A stretch of 46,436 nucleotides of DNA from Candidatus Hydrogenedentota bacterium (GTDB taxonomy: Bacteria > Hydrogenedentota > Hydrogenedentia > Hydrogenedentales > SLHB01), in NCBI GenBank assembly GCA_034408725.1, contig JAWXCN010000194.1:1-46436 (forward strand). Direction: 5' to 3'. Of the stretch, positions 28,502-39,422 are shown one piece after another (position 1 is the first letter of the stretch; the number at the start of each line of letters is the position of its first letter). The position numbers and the translations under genes were made by a program. The notes under the pieces are model-generated. The model had not been told where the DNA came from. It searched no databases and saw only the letters and a list, made by a program, of their open reading frames with translations.

Positions 28502-29776
28502 ATGCAAGCAATCATCATGGCAGCGGGACAAAGCACGCGGACGCATCCGCTGACCCTCACACGCCCGAAGCCTTTGCTCAAGGTTGCGAATAAACCCATT
28601 CTCGAACACCAGCTCGACGCGCTCAGCGGATTGGTGGACGAGGCCGTCCTGATCGTCTGGTACCGGAAGGACATGATCGAGCATCACTTTGGCGCGTCAT
28701 ACAACGGCATGCCGATCAAATATGTCTACCAGACCGAACAACTCGGCACGGGCCACGCCATTCTCCAGTGCAAAGACGTTGTAACCGGTCCCTTCATCGC
28801 CATGAACGGCGACGACCTGTACGACGGTGCGGACCTTTCGCGCCTGGCGACGGTGCCGCAGGGGGCGCTCGCGAAGCACGTAGATGATCCCCGCATGTAC
28901 GGCATATACGAAGTCACCGACGACGGGTTCGCCAAGCGCATCGTCGAAAAGCCCGCCGATGTATTTTCGAATCTCGCAAACGCCGGCGTGTACAAGTTTC
29001 AACCGGAAATATTCGACATTCTCGCCGAAACCCCAAAATCCGAACGGGGCGAAATCGAAATCACGTCCGCGGTGCAGGTGCTTGCGGAACGCGGGTCGTT
29101 CCGCGTGATCGAAATGAACGGGTTCTGGTTGCCAATCGGATATCCCTGGCACCTGTTATCTGCGAACGAATACTGGCTGGAAAATTTTCTGGCGCACGAA
29201 ATCCTCGGCGAGGTCAGTCCCCACGCGCATATCAACGGCCGTGTGTACGTCGCGAAAGACGCCATCGTCCGCAGCGGCGCGGTCATCGACGGTCCCGCAT
29301 ACATCGGCGCAGGCGCGAGCATCGGCCCGAATTGCTTCATCCGCCCATGCACCACGATTGGAAATCACTGCAAGGTGGGCCACTCGGTCGAAATCAAAAA
29401 TTCCATCCTCTTTGACCGCGCCGCCGTGCCGCACCTCAGTTACGTCGGCGACAGCGTTATCGGTGAACGCGCGAACCTCGGCGCGGGCACCATCACGGCG
29501 AATTTCCGGCATGACGGCAAAAACATCGCCGCAACGGTGAAGGGTGTCCGCGTCGATTCTGGCCGCCGCAAATTCGGCGCGATCATCGGGGACGACGTGC
29601 ATACCGGCATCAACACTTCGATCTACCCAGGCCGAATGCTCTATCCGCACACGGTCACGTTTCCCGGCGAGGCCATTCGCAAGGACGTACCGAGGTGCGC
29701 CGCACGCCGCAATCCTGATTGCGCTTTTACCAATAAACTTTCATACTGGATGCTGCGTCCTACTTGGGCAATGTAA
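28502..29776 (+). CDS. glmU: Archaeal-type bifunctional sugar-1-phosphate nucleotidyltransferase / acetyltransferase (GlmU-like)
   Basis: MQAIIMAAGQSTRTHPLTLTRPKPLL; QLGTGHA; NGDD; SERGEIEITSA; GYPWHLL.ANE; hexapeptide repeats; HLSYVGDSVIG; ANFRHDG; GRRKFGAIIGD; SD GAGG. Confidence 0.85.
   Translation: MQAIIMAAGQSTRTHPLTLTRPKPLLKVANKPILEHQLDALSGLVDEAVLIVWYRKDMIEHHFGASYNGMPIKYVYQTEQLGTGHAILQCKDVVTGPFIAMNGDDLYDGADLSRLATVPQGALAKHVDDPRMYGIYEVTDDGFAKRIVEKPADVFSNLANAGVYKFQPEIFDILAETPKSERGEIEITSAVQVLAERGSFRVIEMNGFWLPIGYPWHLLSANEYWLENFLAHEILGEVSPHAHINGRVYVAKDAIVRSGAVIDGPAYIGAGASIGPNCFIRPCTTIGNHCKVGHSVEIKNSILFDRAAVPHLSYVGDSVIGERANLGAGTITANFRHDGKNIAATVKGVRVDSGRRKFGAIIGDDVHTGINTSIYPGRMLYPHTVTFPGEAIRKDVPRCAARRNPDCAFTNKLSYWMLRPTWAM
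29719..29747 (+). promoter_or_regulatory. Putative sigma70 promoter for the DUF2147 gene, inside the glmU 3' end
   Basis: TTGCGC-17 nt-CATACT, about 50 nt upstream of ATG 29799. Confidence 0.4.
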
Positions 29777-29798
29777 AATAACAGGGAGTGGTGGAGCC

Positions 29799-30344
29799 AT
29801 GAAACAACTGTGCGTATTGGCGGCGATGGTCATATTGGCAATGGGAGCGGCCTATGCCGAAACCAAGGAAGGTGACGTAGCGGGCACCTGGTACACGGAA
29901 GGCGGCGGCTCAAAGGTCGAAATCGTGAAAGACGGCGACACGTATAACGGCAAACTTACCTGGCTGAAAGAGCCAAACTACGGCAAGGACCACGCTGAGG
30001 CCGGCAAACCCAAGCGCGACGTCGAAAACCCAGAGGCGGCAAAACAGAACGATCCAATCGTTGGCCTGAAACTGCTGAACGGCTTCAAATGGGACGGCGC
30101 GGGCGCGTGGAGCGGCGGCACGATCTATAACCCCGAAGATGGCAAGACCTACAAGTGCGTCCTGAAAATGCCGGTCGATAACAACACGCTCGACGTGCGC
30201 GGTTACGTCGGCATTCCCGCGCTCGGTCAAACCCAGACCTGGAAGAGGATGACGGAAGAGGAAAAGAAGAAGGAAGCGGAAGCTGCTGCGGCGCTCCCTG
30301 CTCCGGCGCCCGCTGCCGCGACCAACAAGAAATCCGGCGAGTAA
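29799..30344 (+). CDS. DUF2147 family secreted protein
   Basis: Signal peptide MKQLCVLAAMVILAMGAAYA; GTWYT; W.GGTIYNPEDGKTY; L.VRGYVG; SD GGAG. Confidence 0.88.
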   Translation: MKQLCVLAAMVILAMGAAYAETKEGDVAGTWYTEGGGSKVEIVKDGDTYNGKLTWLKEPNYGKDHAEAGKPKRDVENPEAAKQNDPIVGLKLLNGFKWDGAGAWSGGTIYNPEDGKTYKCVLKMPVDNNTLDVRGYVGIPALGQTQTWKRMTEEEKKKEAEAAAALPAPAPAAATNKKSGE

Positions 30345-30357
30345 TCGAGGTTCAATG

Positions 30358-30398
30358 AATCACCGGCGTCCCACCCATAGGGACGCCGGTGATTTTTT
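30358..30398 (+). terminator. Intrinsic terminator between convergent genes
   Basis: 15-bp perfect stem aatcaccggcgtccc / gggacgccggtgatt with a 7-nt loop, followed by a T tract. Confidence 0.85.
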
Positions 30399-32118
30399 AC
30401 TTTTCGACTACGACGTGGTCTTTCACGACCCCATCGGGATCGTGCGAAGTGTACTCCAGCCGATTGCCCTTGATGTCTATCGTTTGATAAAAGCCCGGCG
30501 CGGATACAACGTAGTAAGTTCCGTCTTTCGCCGATGTAACTTCCTTGCCATTTCGAATCGGGTTGGTTCGGTTGTAACGATGCGTATGCCCCGTCAACAT
30601 GAAATCCAAATGGTACTTGTCGAACAGCGCGCCCCATTTCTCACGCTGTTGATCGTAGTCGTTCTGGTATCGCGCGGCGTTCGTGTACACCGGGAAATGA
30701 TAGAGCGCAAACTTCCAGGTCGCGTCGGTTGCCGACAATTCCTTTTCCATCCAGTCGCGCAATGAATCAATCGATATGCCAATCGGCAACACAAGAAACA
30801 GCGCGTTGGCATACCGCACGGAATACGCCCGTTCCGTTGGTATACCGTCGAAGTTGATATCCGGCAACGCAAACTGCTTCAGAAACGTGCCCGGTCCGAG
30901 TCCGTCCTGATCATCGTGATTGCCGATGGCCGGCAGCGTGGGATACCGCGCCAGCGGTTCGCCCATGTACGCGAATAATTTATCCCACGTATCACGATGA
31001 AGCCCGAAATCAACGAGGTCGCCGGAGATCAACGTGAACGCCGGCCTTGGAGTGCGCGCATACGCGGCGGCAAGCGCCTTGCCCGCGGTCTCGCGGTTGT
31101 GCGTGTCCGTCAAAAATGCGAAAGAGAACGTGTCGCCATTCTCCGGCGCGGTCGTAAACTCGTACACGTCGCTCCATACATCGCGCGAAGCTTCGCCAAC
31201 CTGATAGACATAGGTTGTCCCCGGTTTTAGTCCTGACAGCACCGCGGTGAACCGGTGCGACGTGCGATCATTCGCGAGCATGCGGTCGTCGATGGTCTCC
31301 AAGGTAGCATCCACCATCTGCCGCGCATCCGATCCCTTTTCGCTAAAACGCGCCGCGCCCGTCTTCACTGCGGTGTTCGTGCGCCACAACACCGCCTGCG
31401 ACGTTTTCGGATCGCCGTTCCACGTCAACGTGATCTGATCGGGTTTGTCGGACGCCGGAAACAACGTCTCGCGAAACCCGCCGCCGGTGAGATGCGTTTC
31501 CCGCGCGCGACCGCGGAACGTCGTCAGCAGCGCATGTCCACGCAGCGACTCAGGCGCCTCCGTCAATACCAATTCCGTCCAGTCGATATACGTCATCGCG
31601 CCGGGTTCCATCGTCAGCATCGGCGGATGGGCCGGAACGAGATTGGTAATCTTGACCACGTCTCCCGCGTTCTGCGGGCCCACCGAAGCGAAATAACTGA
31701 ACCGGTGCCCATCGAACCCGTTCATCCCAAGCCCGACATGGCCCGCATCGAACTTCTTCTGCCACACCGCGTAGTTGTTCGACTCGTTCTTCACGACAAG
31801 ATCGGTCTTCGCAAAACCGGACTCCTCGAGCCAGAACGGAACCTGCGCCTGATCCATGTGCCGCATCACCGAAACCACCACCGGCACGTCCACGTCAAAC
31901 GTCCAATACGCCGATGCCAAAGCCGCGCGATCCCCGGGTGTGATGTACTCCGCCAACTTCGCTTCGTCCAGCGCCTGCAACTGCTCCAGGTTGTTCGACG
32001 CATACAACCGTGTGACGATTGCGTCCATTGCCGCATCGAGCCGCGCATCAGCGTGCGCGCACGTTGCGAGAAACAGAACGGCAACGAAAGTCCACGTAGC
32101 CTTTGCCAATGAGCGCAT
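30397..32118 (-). CDS. Secreted purple-acid-phosphatase-like metallophosphoesterase with FN3 domain and extra N-terminal domain
   Basis: Signal peptide; PDQITLTW...LSGLKPGTTYVYQVG FN3 region; DTH, SGDLVD, GNHD and GHTH metallophosphoesterase motifs. Confidence 0.87.
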   Translation of the reverse strand: MRSLAKATWTFVAVLFLATCAHADARLDAAMDAIVTRLYASNNLEQLQALDEAKLAEYITPGDRAALASAYWTFDVDVPVVVSVMRHMDQAQVPFWLEESGFAKTDLVVKNESNNYAVWQKKFDAGHVGLGMNGFDGHRFSYFASVGPQNAGDVVKITNLVPAHPPMLTMEPGAMTYIDWTELVLTEAPESLRGHALLTTFRGRARETHLTGGGFRETLFPASDKPDQITLTWNGDPKTSQAVLWRTNTAVKTGAARFSEKGSDARQMVDATLETIDDRMLANDRTSHRFTAVLSGLKPGTTYVYQVGEASRDVWSDVYEFTTAPENGDTFSFAFLTDTHNRETAGKALAAAYARTPRPAFTLISGDLVDFGLHRDTWDKLFAYMGEPLARYPTLPAIGNHDDQDGLGPGTFLKQFALPDINFDGIPTERAYSVRYANALFLVLPIGISIDSLRDWMEKELSATDATWKFALYHFPVYTNAARYQNDYDQQREKWGALFDKYHLDFMLTGHTHRYNRTNPIRNGKEVTSAKDGTYYVVSAPGFYQTIDIKGNRLEYTSHDPDGVVKDHVVVEK

Positions 32119-32210
32119 GTTGCCCCTTTGCGACGGTCCGATTTGCGATAGAAAATTGTGAGGCATGATAGTATGCCTCGAAACAATGCGGACCACGTAG
32201 AACTATCAGG

Positions 32211-33680
32211 TCACGTGCCGGCCTTTTCGTAAAACCTTGATCCAGCCTCGTTCTCCGTACGCGAAACCGTGACAAATACGATCACCTGTTCGCCGGTCTT
32301 TTCATTCACGAAGGTAAATCCATTCCAGGCACCAAGTTTAGCGTCGATCTCCGTGACGAACCCATCTTCATAATAACTTGGCATCATTACTTCGCTGCGG
32401 TGGAGGTCTGGACCGGTTCGCCCCTCGATGCGAAACTGTCCTGATGGCTGATCATTGCGCTTAAAGCGTTGTACAAATCCAAACCCAAGATGTACGGAAT
32501 CACCTGAATTGTGACTCACGAGTCGCGCAGGAATCGCATATCCGGTTACCTCTCGTCGAAAGGCTGAGGGCTCTGATTCATCGTGTACCATTTCCTCGAA
32601 GATATCCGCGACGACACCCGATTTTGCTTTACCTTTTGCCAACAATGCTGAAACAATTGGTGAAGTCATCGGCCAGGTGGACGAAACGTTCGGTCGTGGA
32701 AGTGAAGGTTTGTTTTCGCTGGGTTGCGAATTATTGTGGGCAGAGGCAAAAACACCCCCAAAAATAATGCGCGGCGCCGTCACCAGCTCGACGCCGTCCA
32801 AGGACTGAAGCCATTTCTGTACTGCGTCCCAATCCCGTGCCGGGTCATCTTGTGGTTCGGGACGAATTGCGTCGAACCGCGAAACAATCGGTGGGGTTGC
32901 GTTCGCATCAATTCTGGTAATTAATCCGTCGTGCATTTTTTTCGCCGTCGCATTGTTACCGGCCGCAAGCGTGTAGACGTGAAACTGGCAGGTGTGTAAC
33001 GCTTCGGTCTCGATTGGTTCGCGGTTAGACTCTGCTGTTGATGTGTCATGCATTCGCGCGAATACAAACACCCGTCCCGATTCCGGGTTTTGTCGACCCA
33101 TTACGGCCCATGCGTTCCACACATCCGGCACGTTCTTCATGACGGCAAAATTCACGCGGGCGCCTTTCAGCGGCTTGCCGACATCCAGCGGAACACCTTC
33201 CAGCTTTTCGCGCGTCGCTCCAAAACGTTCGCTGTACCCGACCATCGAAATAGCGGCATCTTTATATACAATCGAGAACACAAATCCCGCCGCCTCTTCA
33301 GTTTCCTTCAAAACAAACCGATTCTCTTCGTCCTTCTCGATGTATTGAAGCGGGTCGCCGGTCTCGATGGCGATAACCCATCCGTCCGCCAGGCCATCTT
33401 CTGATACAAGCCTTGAAACTCCCTCGGGATTTCGGGACAAATCACCATCCCAAAACAGCGCCGTTCCTTCGTTTAATTGGAGCCCCGACTCGGGCATTGC
33501 GCTTAGTTGCGCGAGAGCGATTTCCTTCAGAAACGGTTGATCGCCGCCCGGATCGAGCGCATCCCCGAATGTGGGGCCAGCGACGTGAAACACCCGAACG
33601 TCGTACGTCACCCCGGTAACTTGCGCCCATGCAGCAGCGCAGCACAACAGTGTCAGGGCGAATATTCCGCGTACCATCAT
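32211..33680 (-). CDS. Exported protein with two tandem secretin-core-like domains (hypothetical)
   Basis: Signal peptide; ATGA overlap with the upstream gene; N-terminal half aligns with the 33677-34402 protein; second half has LVTAPRII...TEIDAKLG..VIVFVTVSR. Confidence 0.6.
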   Translation of the reverse strand: MMVRGIFALTLLCCAAAWAQVTGVTYDVRVFHVAGPTFGDALDPGGDQPFLKEIALAQLSAMPESGLQLNEGTALFWDGDLSRNPEGVSRLVSEDGLADGWVIAIETGDPLQYIEKDEENRFVLKETEEAAGFVFSIVYKDAAISMVGYSERFGATREKLEGVPLDVGKPLKGARVNFAVMKNVPDVWNAWAVMGRQNPESGRVFVFARMHDTSTAESNREPIETEALHTCQFHVYTLAAGNNATAKKMHDGLITRIDANATPPIVSRFDAIRPEPQDDPARDWDAVQKWLQSLDGVELVTAPRIIFGGVFASAHNNSQPSENKPSLPRPNVSSTWPMTSPIVSALLAKGKAKSGVVADIFEEMVHDESEPSAFRREVTGYAIPARLVSHNSGDSVHLGFGFVQRFKRNDQPSGQFRIEGRTGPDLHRSEVMMPSYYEDGFVTEIDAKLGAWNGFTFVNEKTGEQVIVFVTVSRTENEAGSRFYEKAGT

Positions 33681-34402
33681 TTTCCCTCTCCTGTTTCCGT
33701 GTGACGCATTACGCGGACCAGCGCAATCACATGTCCGCCGTCACCTGCCATATGAACAATCGCCGACCACGTCCCGAGTTTCACGACCATCCGCTGCTCC
33801 GTGCTGGCGGTCGCAAAGACAGGCTCTCCAATTTCCAGCCGTACGCCTTCCATGGCTTTCCGCGACGCAACCCGCTGCATCACGCTCTTCCAATCGACAG
33901 AGACCGAATCTTCATCCGGCGTTTGCGACACAATGCATTCGAAACGAACAGCGGCATCGGTCGCTTTCAAAACAAAGGTGCCGTCATTGTTGCGCACAAA
34001 GTACGGAACGCTTTGGACAACTTTTATCTCCGCTGGTTCATCCAGGAGCGTGATAATGTTCGGCGTGACCAACGCGGAGGGTTCGCTGATGGTGGTCGCG
34101 CCAGTGTCTCGTGAATTCCAAGTTACCTCGCCATCCTTGATCTCCACAGTGAGTCCGGTCAGTTCGAGCTTTCCGCTCTCAATCGATGCGATTACGGGCG
34201 CAGTCACTATTTTCGGAATTTCGCGAAATGAAACTCCTGGATCGGTCACCCGGAGAGTGTTGACCTCTGGCGCCGACAACGGTTTCGCATAGAAAAGTTT
34301 CGCATCTACCCGCACCTTTTGCGGTGGGTCCCCAATGGCGGAGAACGCGCAGGCAATACCAAATGCGAGTATCGCGAAACCTGGGCATCTTGAAGGCAAC
34401 AT
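33677..34402 (-). CDS. Exported stand-alone secretin-core-like protein (hypothetical)
   Basis: Signal peptide; QKVRVDAKLFY, LVTPNIITLLDEPAEIKVVQSVPY, PVFATASTEQRMVVKLG and VIALVRV resemble the ordered conserved blocks of the secretin (GspD/PilQ) C-domain. Confidence 0.6.
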   Translation of the reverse strand: MLPSRCPGFAILAFGIACAFSAIGDPPQKVRVDAKLFYAKPLSAPEVNTLRVTDPGVSFREIPKIVTAPVIASIESGKLELTGLTVEIKDGEVTWNSRDTGATTISEPSALVTPNIITLLDEPAEIKVVQSVPYFVRNNDGTFVLKATDAAVRFECIVSQTPDEDSVSVDWKSVMQRVASRKAMEGVRLEIGEPVFATASTEQRMVVKLGTWSAIVHMAGDGGHVIALVRVMRHTETGEGK

Positions 34403-34780
34403 TTATATCTCCCTTTCGAGAGTAGGTGCGTCATTCGCTGATAGCACGCGCACACGCACCCGGCCCGGATCGAAAGCAGGGATATTCTGTCGCGCTGATG
34501 CATCGAAAATGCCGCGCAATGCCGGGTCCGGTGGGATGACGTACACCGTGCTCGTGGGTAAGCTTGCCGCGGGCGGGGGCTCGACATATGCGTGCAGCAA
34601 ATATCCAAATGCCAGACACGCGCAACAAGCCGCTGCCGTCTGCCACAGCGCCACGTTCGCAGACCAGAATCGCGGACGGTGAAGCGGGGCCTCCGCAAAG
34701 ACACGCCGCATTGCCGCATCGTGTGCGGCGGACGGTTTGGCCAAGGGGACCTTTTGCAGGCGGTCATCGAGATTATCCAT
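34403..34780 (-). CDS. Putative single-TM anti-sigma factor
   Basis: Start MDNLDDRLQ in TAATG overlap with the sigma gene, SD GGAGG; short cytoplasmic N-terminus, one TM (VALWQTAAACCACLAFGYLL), short outer tail. Confidence 0.65.
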   Translation of the reverse strand: MDNLDDRLQKVPLAKPSAAHDAAMRRVFAEAPLHRPRFWSANVALWQTAAACCACLAFGYLLHAYVEPPPAASLPTSTVYVIPPDPALRGIFDASARQNIPAFDPGRVRVRVLSANDAPTLEREI

Positions 34781-35268
34781 TACACATCCTCCTTCATCAA
34801 CGCGCGGAGTTTTTCGATGCCGCGCCGGTACCACGAAGCCGCGGTGTTCATCGAAACGCCGCACACGTCTCCGATCTCGGCAAACGTGAGACCGTTGTAC
34901 GTCTTCAACACAATGCACTCGCGTTCCTGTTCATTGAGTTGTTGCAACAGCGCATCGAGTTCCTGGGCAACAGCCGGATCGTGACCGTTGTTGCGGTGGC
35001 CTGGCAGGTCAAAGATCGATTCCAATGCGGCAATGCGCGCCTGCGCGCGGTGTTCATCCACTGCAGCGTTCCGGATCGCGCGAAACACGTACGGTCGCAA
35101 GTCGCCGGGAAGCCTGGGCCGGTTCAACACGTTGCGGAACACGTTCTGCACCACGTCCTCCGCGGCCTCGCGGGATCTTGTGAGCGCCAGCGCGTACGTG
35201 AACAATTCTTGCCGGTTCAGTTCATAGAACAACCGGACAATATCAATCGTCTTACCGCGCATGCCCAA
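34780..35268 (-). CDS. ECF (sigma-70 group 4) RNA polymerase sigma factor
   Basis: Region 2 AEDVVQNVF...YVFRAIRNAAVD; region 4 LNEQERECIVLKTYNGLTFAEIG...NTAASWYRRGIEKLR. Confidence 0.92.
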   Translation of the reverse strand: MGMRGKTIDIVRLFYELNRQELFTYALALTRSREAAEDVVQNVFRNVLNRPRLPGDLRPYVFRAIRNAAVDEHRAQARIAALESIFDLPGHRNNGHDPAVAQELDALLQQLNEQERECIVLKTYNGLTFAEIGDVCGVSMNTAASWYRRGIEKLRALMKEDV

Positions 35269-35392
35269 ATTGCGCCCCCATTCTCATCCAGTTCGCACTA
35301 TACCACGCGCAGATCGATTCGATTTGTGCATCGCGCTCGACTATTGAGCCGAATGCGTATACGATCCTCGGCACTCCCGAAAGGAAAACCGG

Positions 35393-35800
35393 TTGAAACC
35401 CAAACGAAAATCACGCCCGTCGCCGCAACGCGAACCCGCAAAACTCGAAGGCGTCGGCGATATCCTTGCGTCCCTCACCAAAAAAACCACGCTGGGCAAG
35501 CGGTTGAAGGAAGCGCAGATTTGGCAACAATGGCCGAGCCTCGCCGGCCAGCGATTGTGTACGCATGGCCATCCCGTCACCGTGAAGGACCAAACCTTGC
35601 ACGTGGAAGCCTATAGCTCCGTGTGGGTGAACAAGTTTGCGTATCACAAATGGGAGATCATCGGCCGCGTAAACCGCATGGCGGGGCAGGAGCTCATCCA
35701 CGATATTTTCGTGACGCTGCAACAAGACGAGGGGGAACCGGAAAACGATGAAGTGAGGAAGGCAGGAAGGCAGGAAGGCAGGAAGACAAAAAGCGAGTAG
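35393..35800 (+). CDS. dciA: DUF721 / DciA family replicative-helicase loader
   Basis: IWQQWPSLAG...HPVTVKDQTLHVEAYSSVW...II.RVN pattern; directly upstream of gyrB; SD AAGGA before TTG. Confidence 0.8.
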   Translation: MKPKRKSRPSPQREPAKLEGVGDILASLTKKTTLGKRLKEAQIWQQWPSLAGQRLCTHGHPVTVKDQTLHVEAYSSVWVNKFAYHKWEIIGRVNRMAGQELIHDIFVTLQQDEGEPENDEVRKAGRQEGRKTKSE

Positions 35801-35932
35801 CGAACGGCGTAAGACGAGGAAACGGCCGCTTGGAGTTCCGCCGCGCTCTCTCCGGCACGCGCCGCCCTCGGCGATGGAGCCGCTACTTCCTGCCTTCCTC
35901 ACTTCCTGCCTTCCTGCCTTGTTCCCTGCCTC
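35750..35932. repeat. Inverted pair of (AGGAAGGC)n octamer tandem arrays
   Basis: gaagtgaggaaggcaggaag (35750-35769) is the exact reverse complement of cttcctgccttcctcacttc (35886-35905); both arms continue as further octamer copies. Confidence 0.85.
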
Positions 35933-35963
35933 AAAAAATTCCCGCATTTTCCCCTCTTTCCAG

Positions 35964-35993
35964 TTGTGCTTAACCCCGCGAATTTGCTATACT
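35964..35993 (+). promoter_or_regulatory. Putative sigma70 promoter for gyrB
   Basis: TTGTGC-18 nt-TATACT with extended -10 TG. Confidence 0.5.
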
Positions 35994-36004
35994 TGGGTAC
36001 TTAG

Positions 36005-38494
<2,490 letters not shown>

Positions 38495-38569
38495 CGTTTT
38501 TACGGAATCGTTTTTTGGATAAATATCGCTATTGAAGTGCATGTGTTCTGAAACGGCGCGGAGAACGAT

Positions 38570-39073
38570 GTGCGGATTCCCAAATTCTTCAGAAAAAGGG
38601 CAGATCTGCTTTTCGAGAATGCTAAGTTATTGGTACCCGCAGCGCACGCGTCGGCAGTCACGATGTTTGTCCCGATGCTAGATAGATTTCCTGCATTGGA
38701 GTCTGTCGACCCTAAACATTGGGATTTCATTCTCACTGTGGCAGCAGTGTTTCTTGCCGCGACGAGGCTTAGTGGCTCCCGGATCGGAAGTGTTCGCGAG
38801 GAAAAGTTAATGGAAATAGTTGCTCAACAACTTAACGTCTGGGATGCAGATGGGATTTTAGCGTTCGAAGACTGTAAAACGTTCTTCGAAATCGAGTTCG
38901 ACCGATTATCAAGTACGCAGCACCCACAAGAATTTGTGGCAGTAGACGCTCTGGGCCTCTGGATTGTATGGAACGCAATGGAACGTCAACCCGACGTTCA
39001 AAAAGATATGATTTTGGTACGCACGGTCGGCACAATAGTGGTAAATGGATTCTTCAATTGGTGGAAAACCTAA
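38570..39073 (+). CDS. Hypothetical protein (AT-rich insert between gyrB and gyrA)
   Basis: 167-aa ORF, GTG start with SD GGAG; helical, Trp-rich; no recognised motif. Confidence 0.65.
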   Translation: MRIPKFFRKRADLLFENAKLLVPAAHASAVTMFVPMLDRFPALESVDPKHWDFILTVAAVFLAATRLSGSRIGSVREEKLMEIVAQQLNVWDADGILAFEDCKTFFEIEFDRLSSTQHPQEFVAVDALGLWIVWNAMERQPDVQKDMILVRTVGTIVVNGFFNWWKT

Positions 39074-39119
39074 TGCCAATAAGCATTGTGCTTTCTCTTG
39101 CCGAACTGGAGTAGGTCGA

Positions 39120-39422
39120 ATGGAATGGAACTTAGATACGATGAATGCCTTGCGCGCGTGGTTGGGCCTCGAAAACTGGTTCAAAGAAAGTCCACATGAG
39201 GATGCACGATTTTACAAATTCGTAAATTGTGTTTGGCAGGAAAGTCAACAACTTTGGGACGAGTCCGATACACGAGACACCATAATGCGTGAAGCTTCGA
39301 AACTACACCCTGGGTTCTCTGATTTGGCTAATATTGTGGCCGACCGCGTAGCCGAAGGAACGACGATTTTGGATTTTCTGACTCACATAAAACAACAAAA
39401 AATACCAGTCACATTCGATTAG
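39120..39422 (+). CDS. Hypothetical protein (AT-rich insert between gyrB and gyrA)
   Basis: 100-aa ORF from ATG 39120 with upstream GGAG/AGG; W..W...P.ED.RFYKFV segment; no recognised family. Confidence 0.6.
   Translation: MEWNLDTMNALRAWLGLENWFKESPHEDARFYKFVNCVWQESQQLWDESDTRDTIMREASKLHPGFSDLANIVADRVAEGTTILDFLTHIKQQKIPVTFD

Noticed and set aside
30480-30530. Apparently short segment (VVSAPGFYQ) near the metallophosphoesterase C-terminus suggesting a deletion
   Set aside because: The frame is intact and all catalytic motifs are present; cannot be judged without an ortholog alignment.
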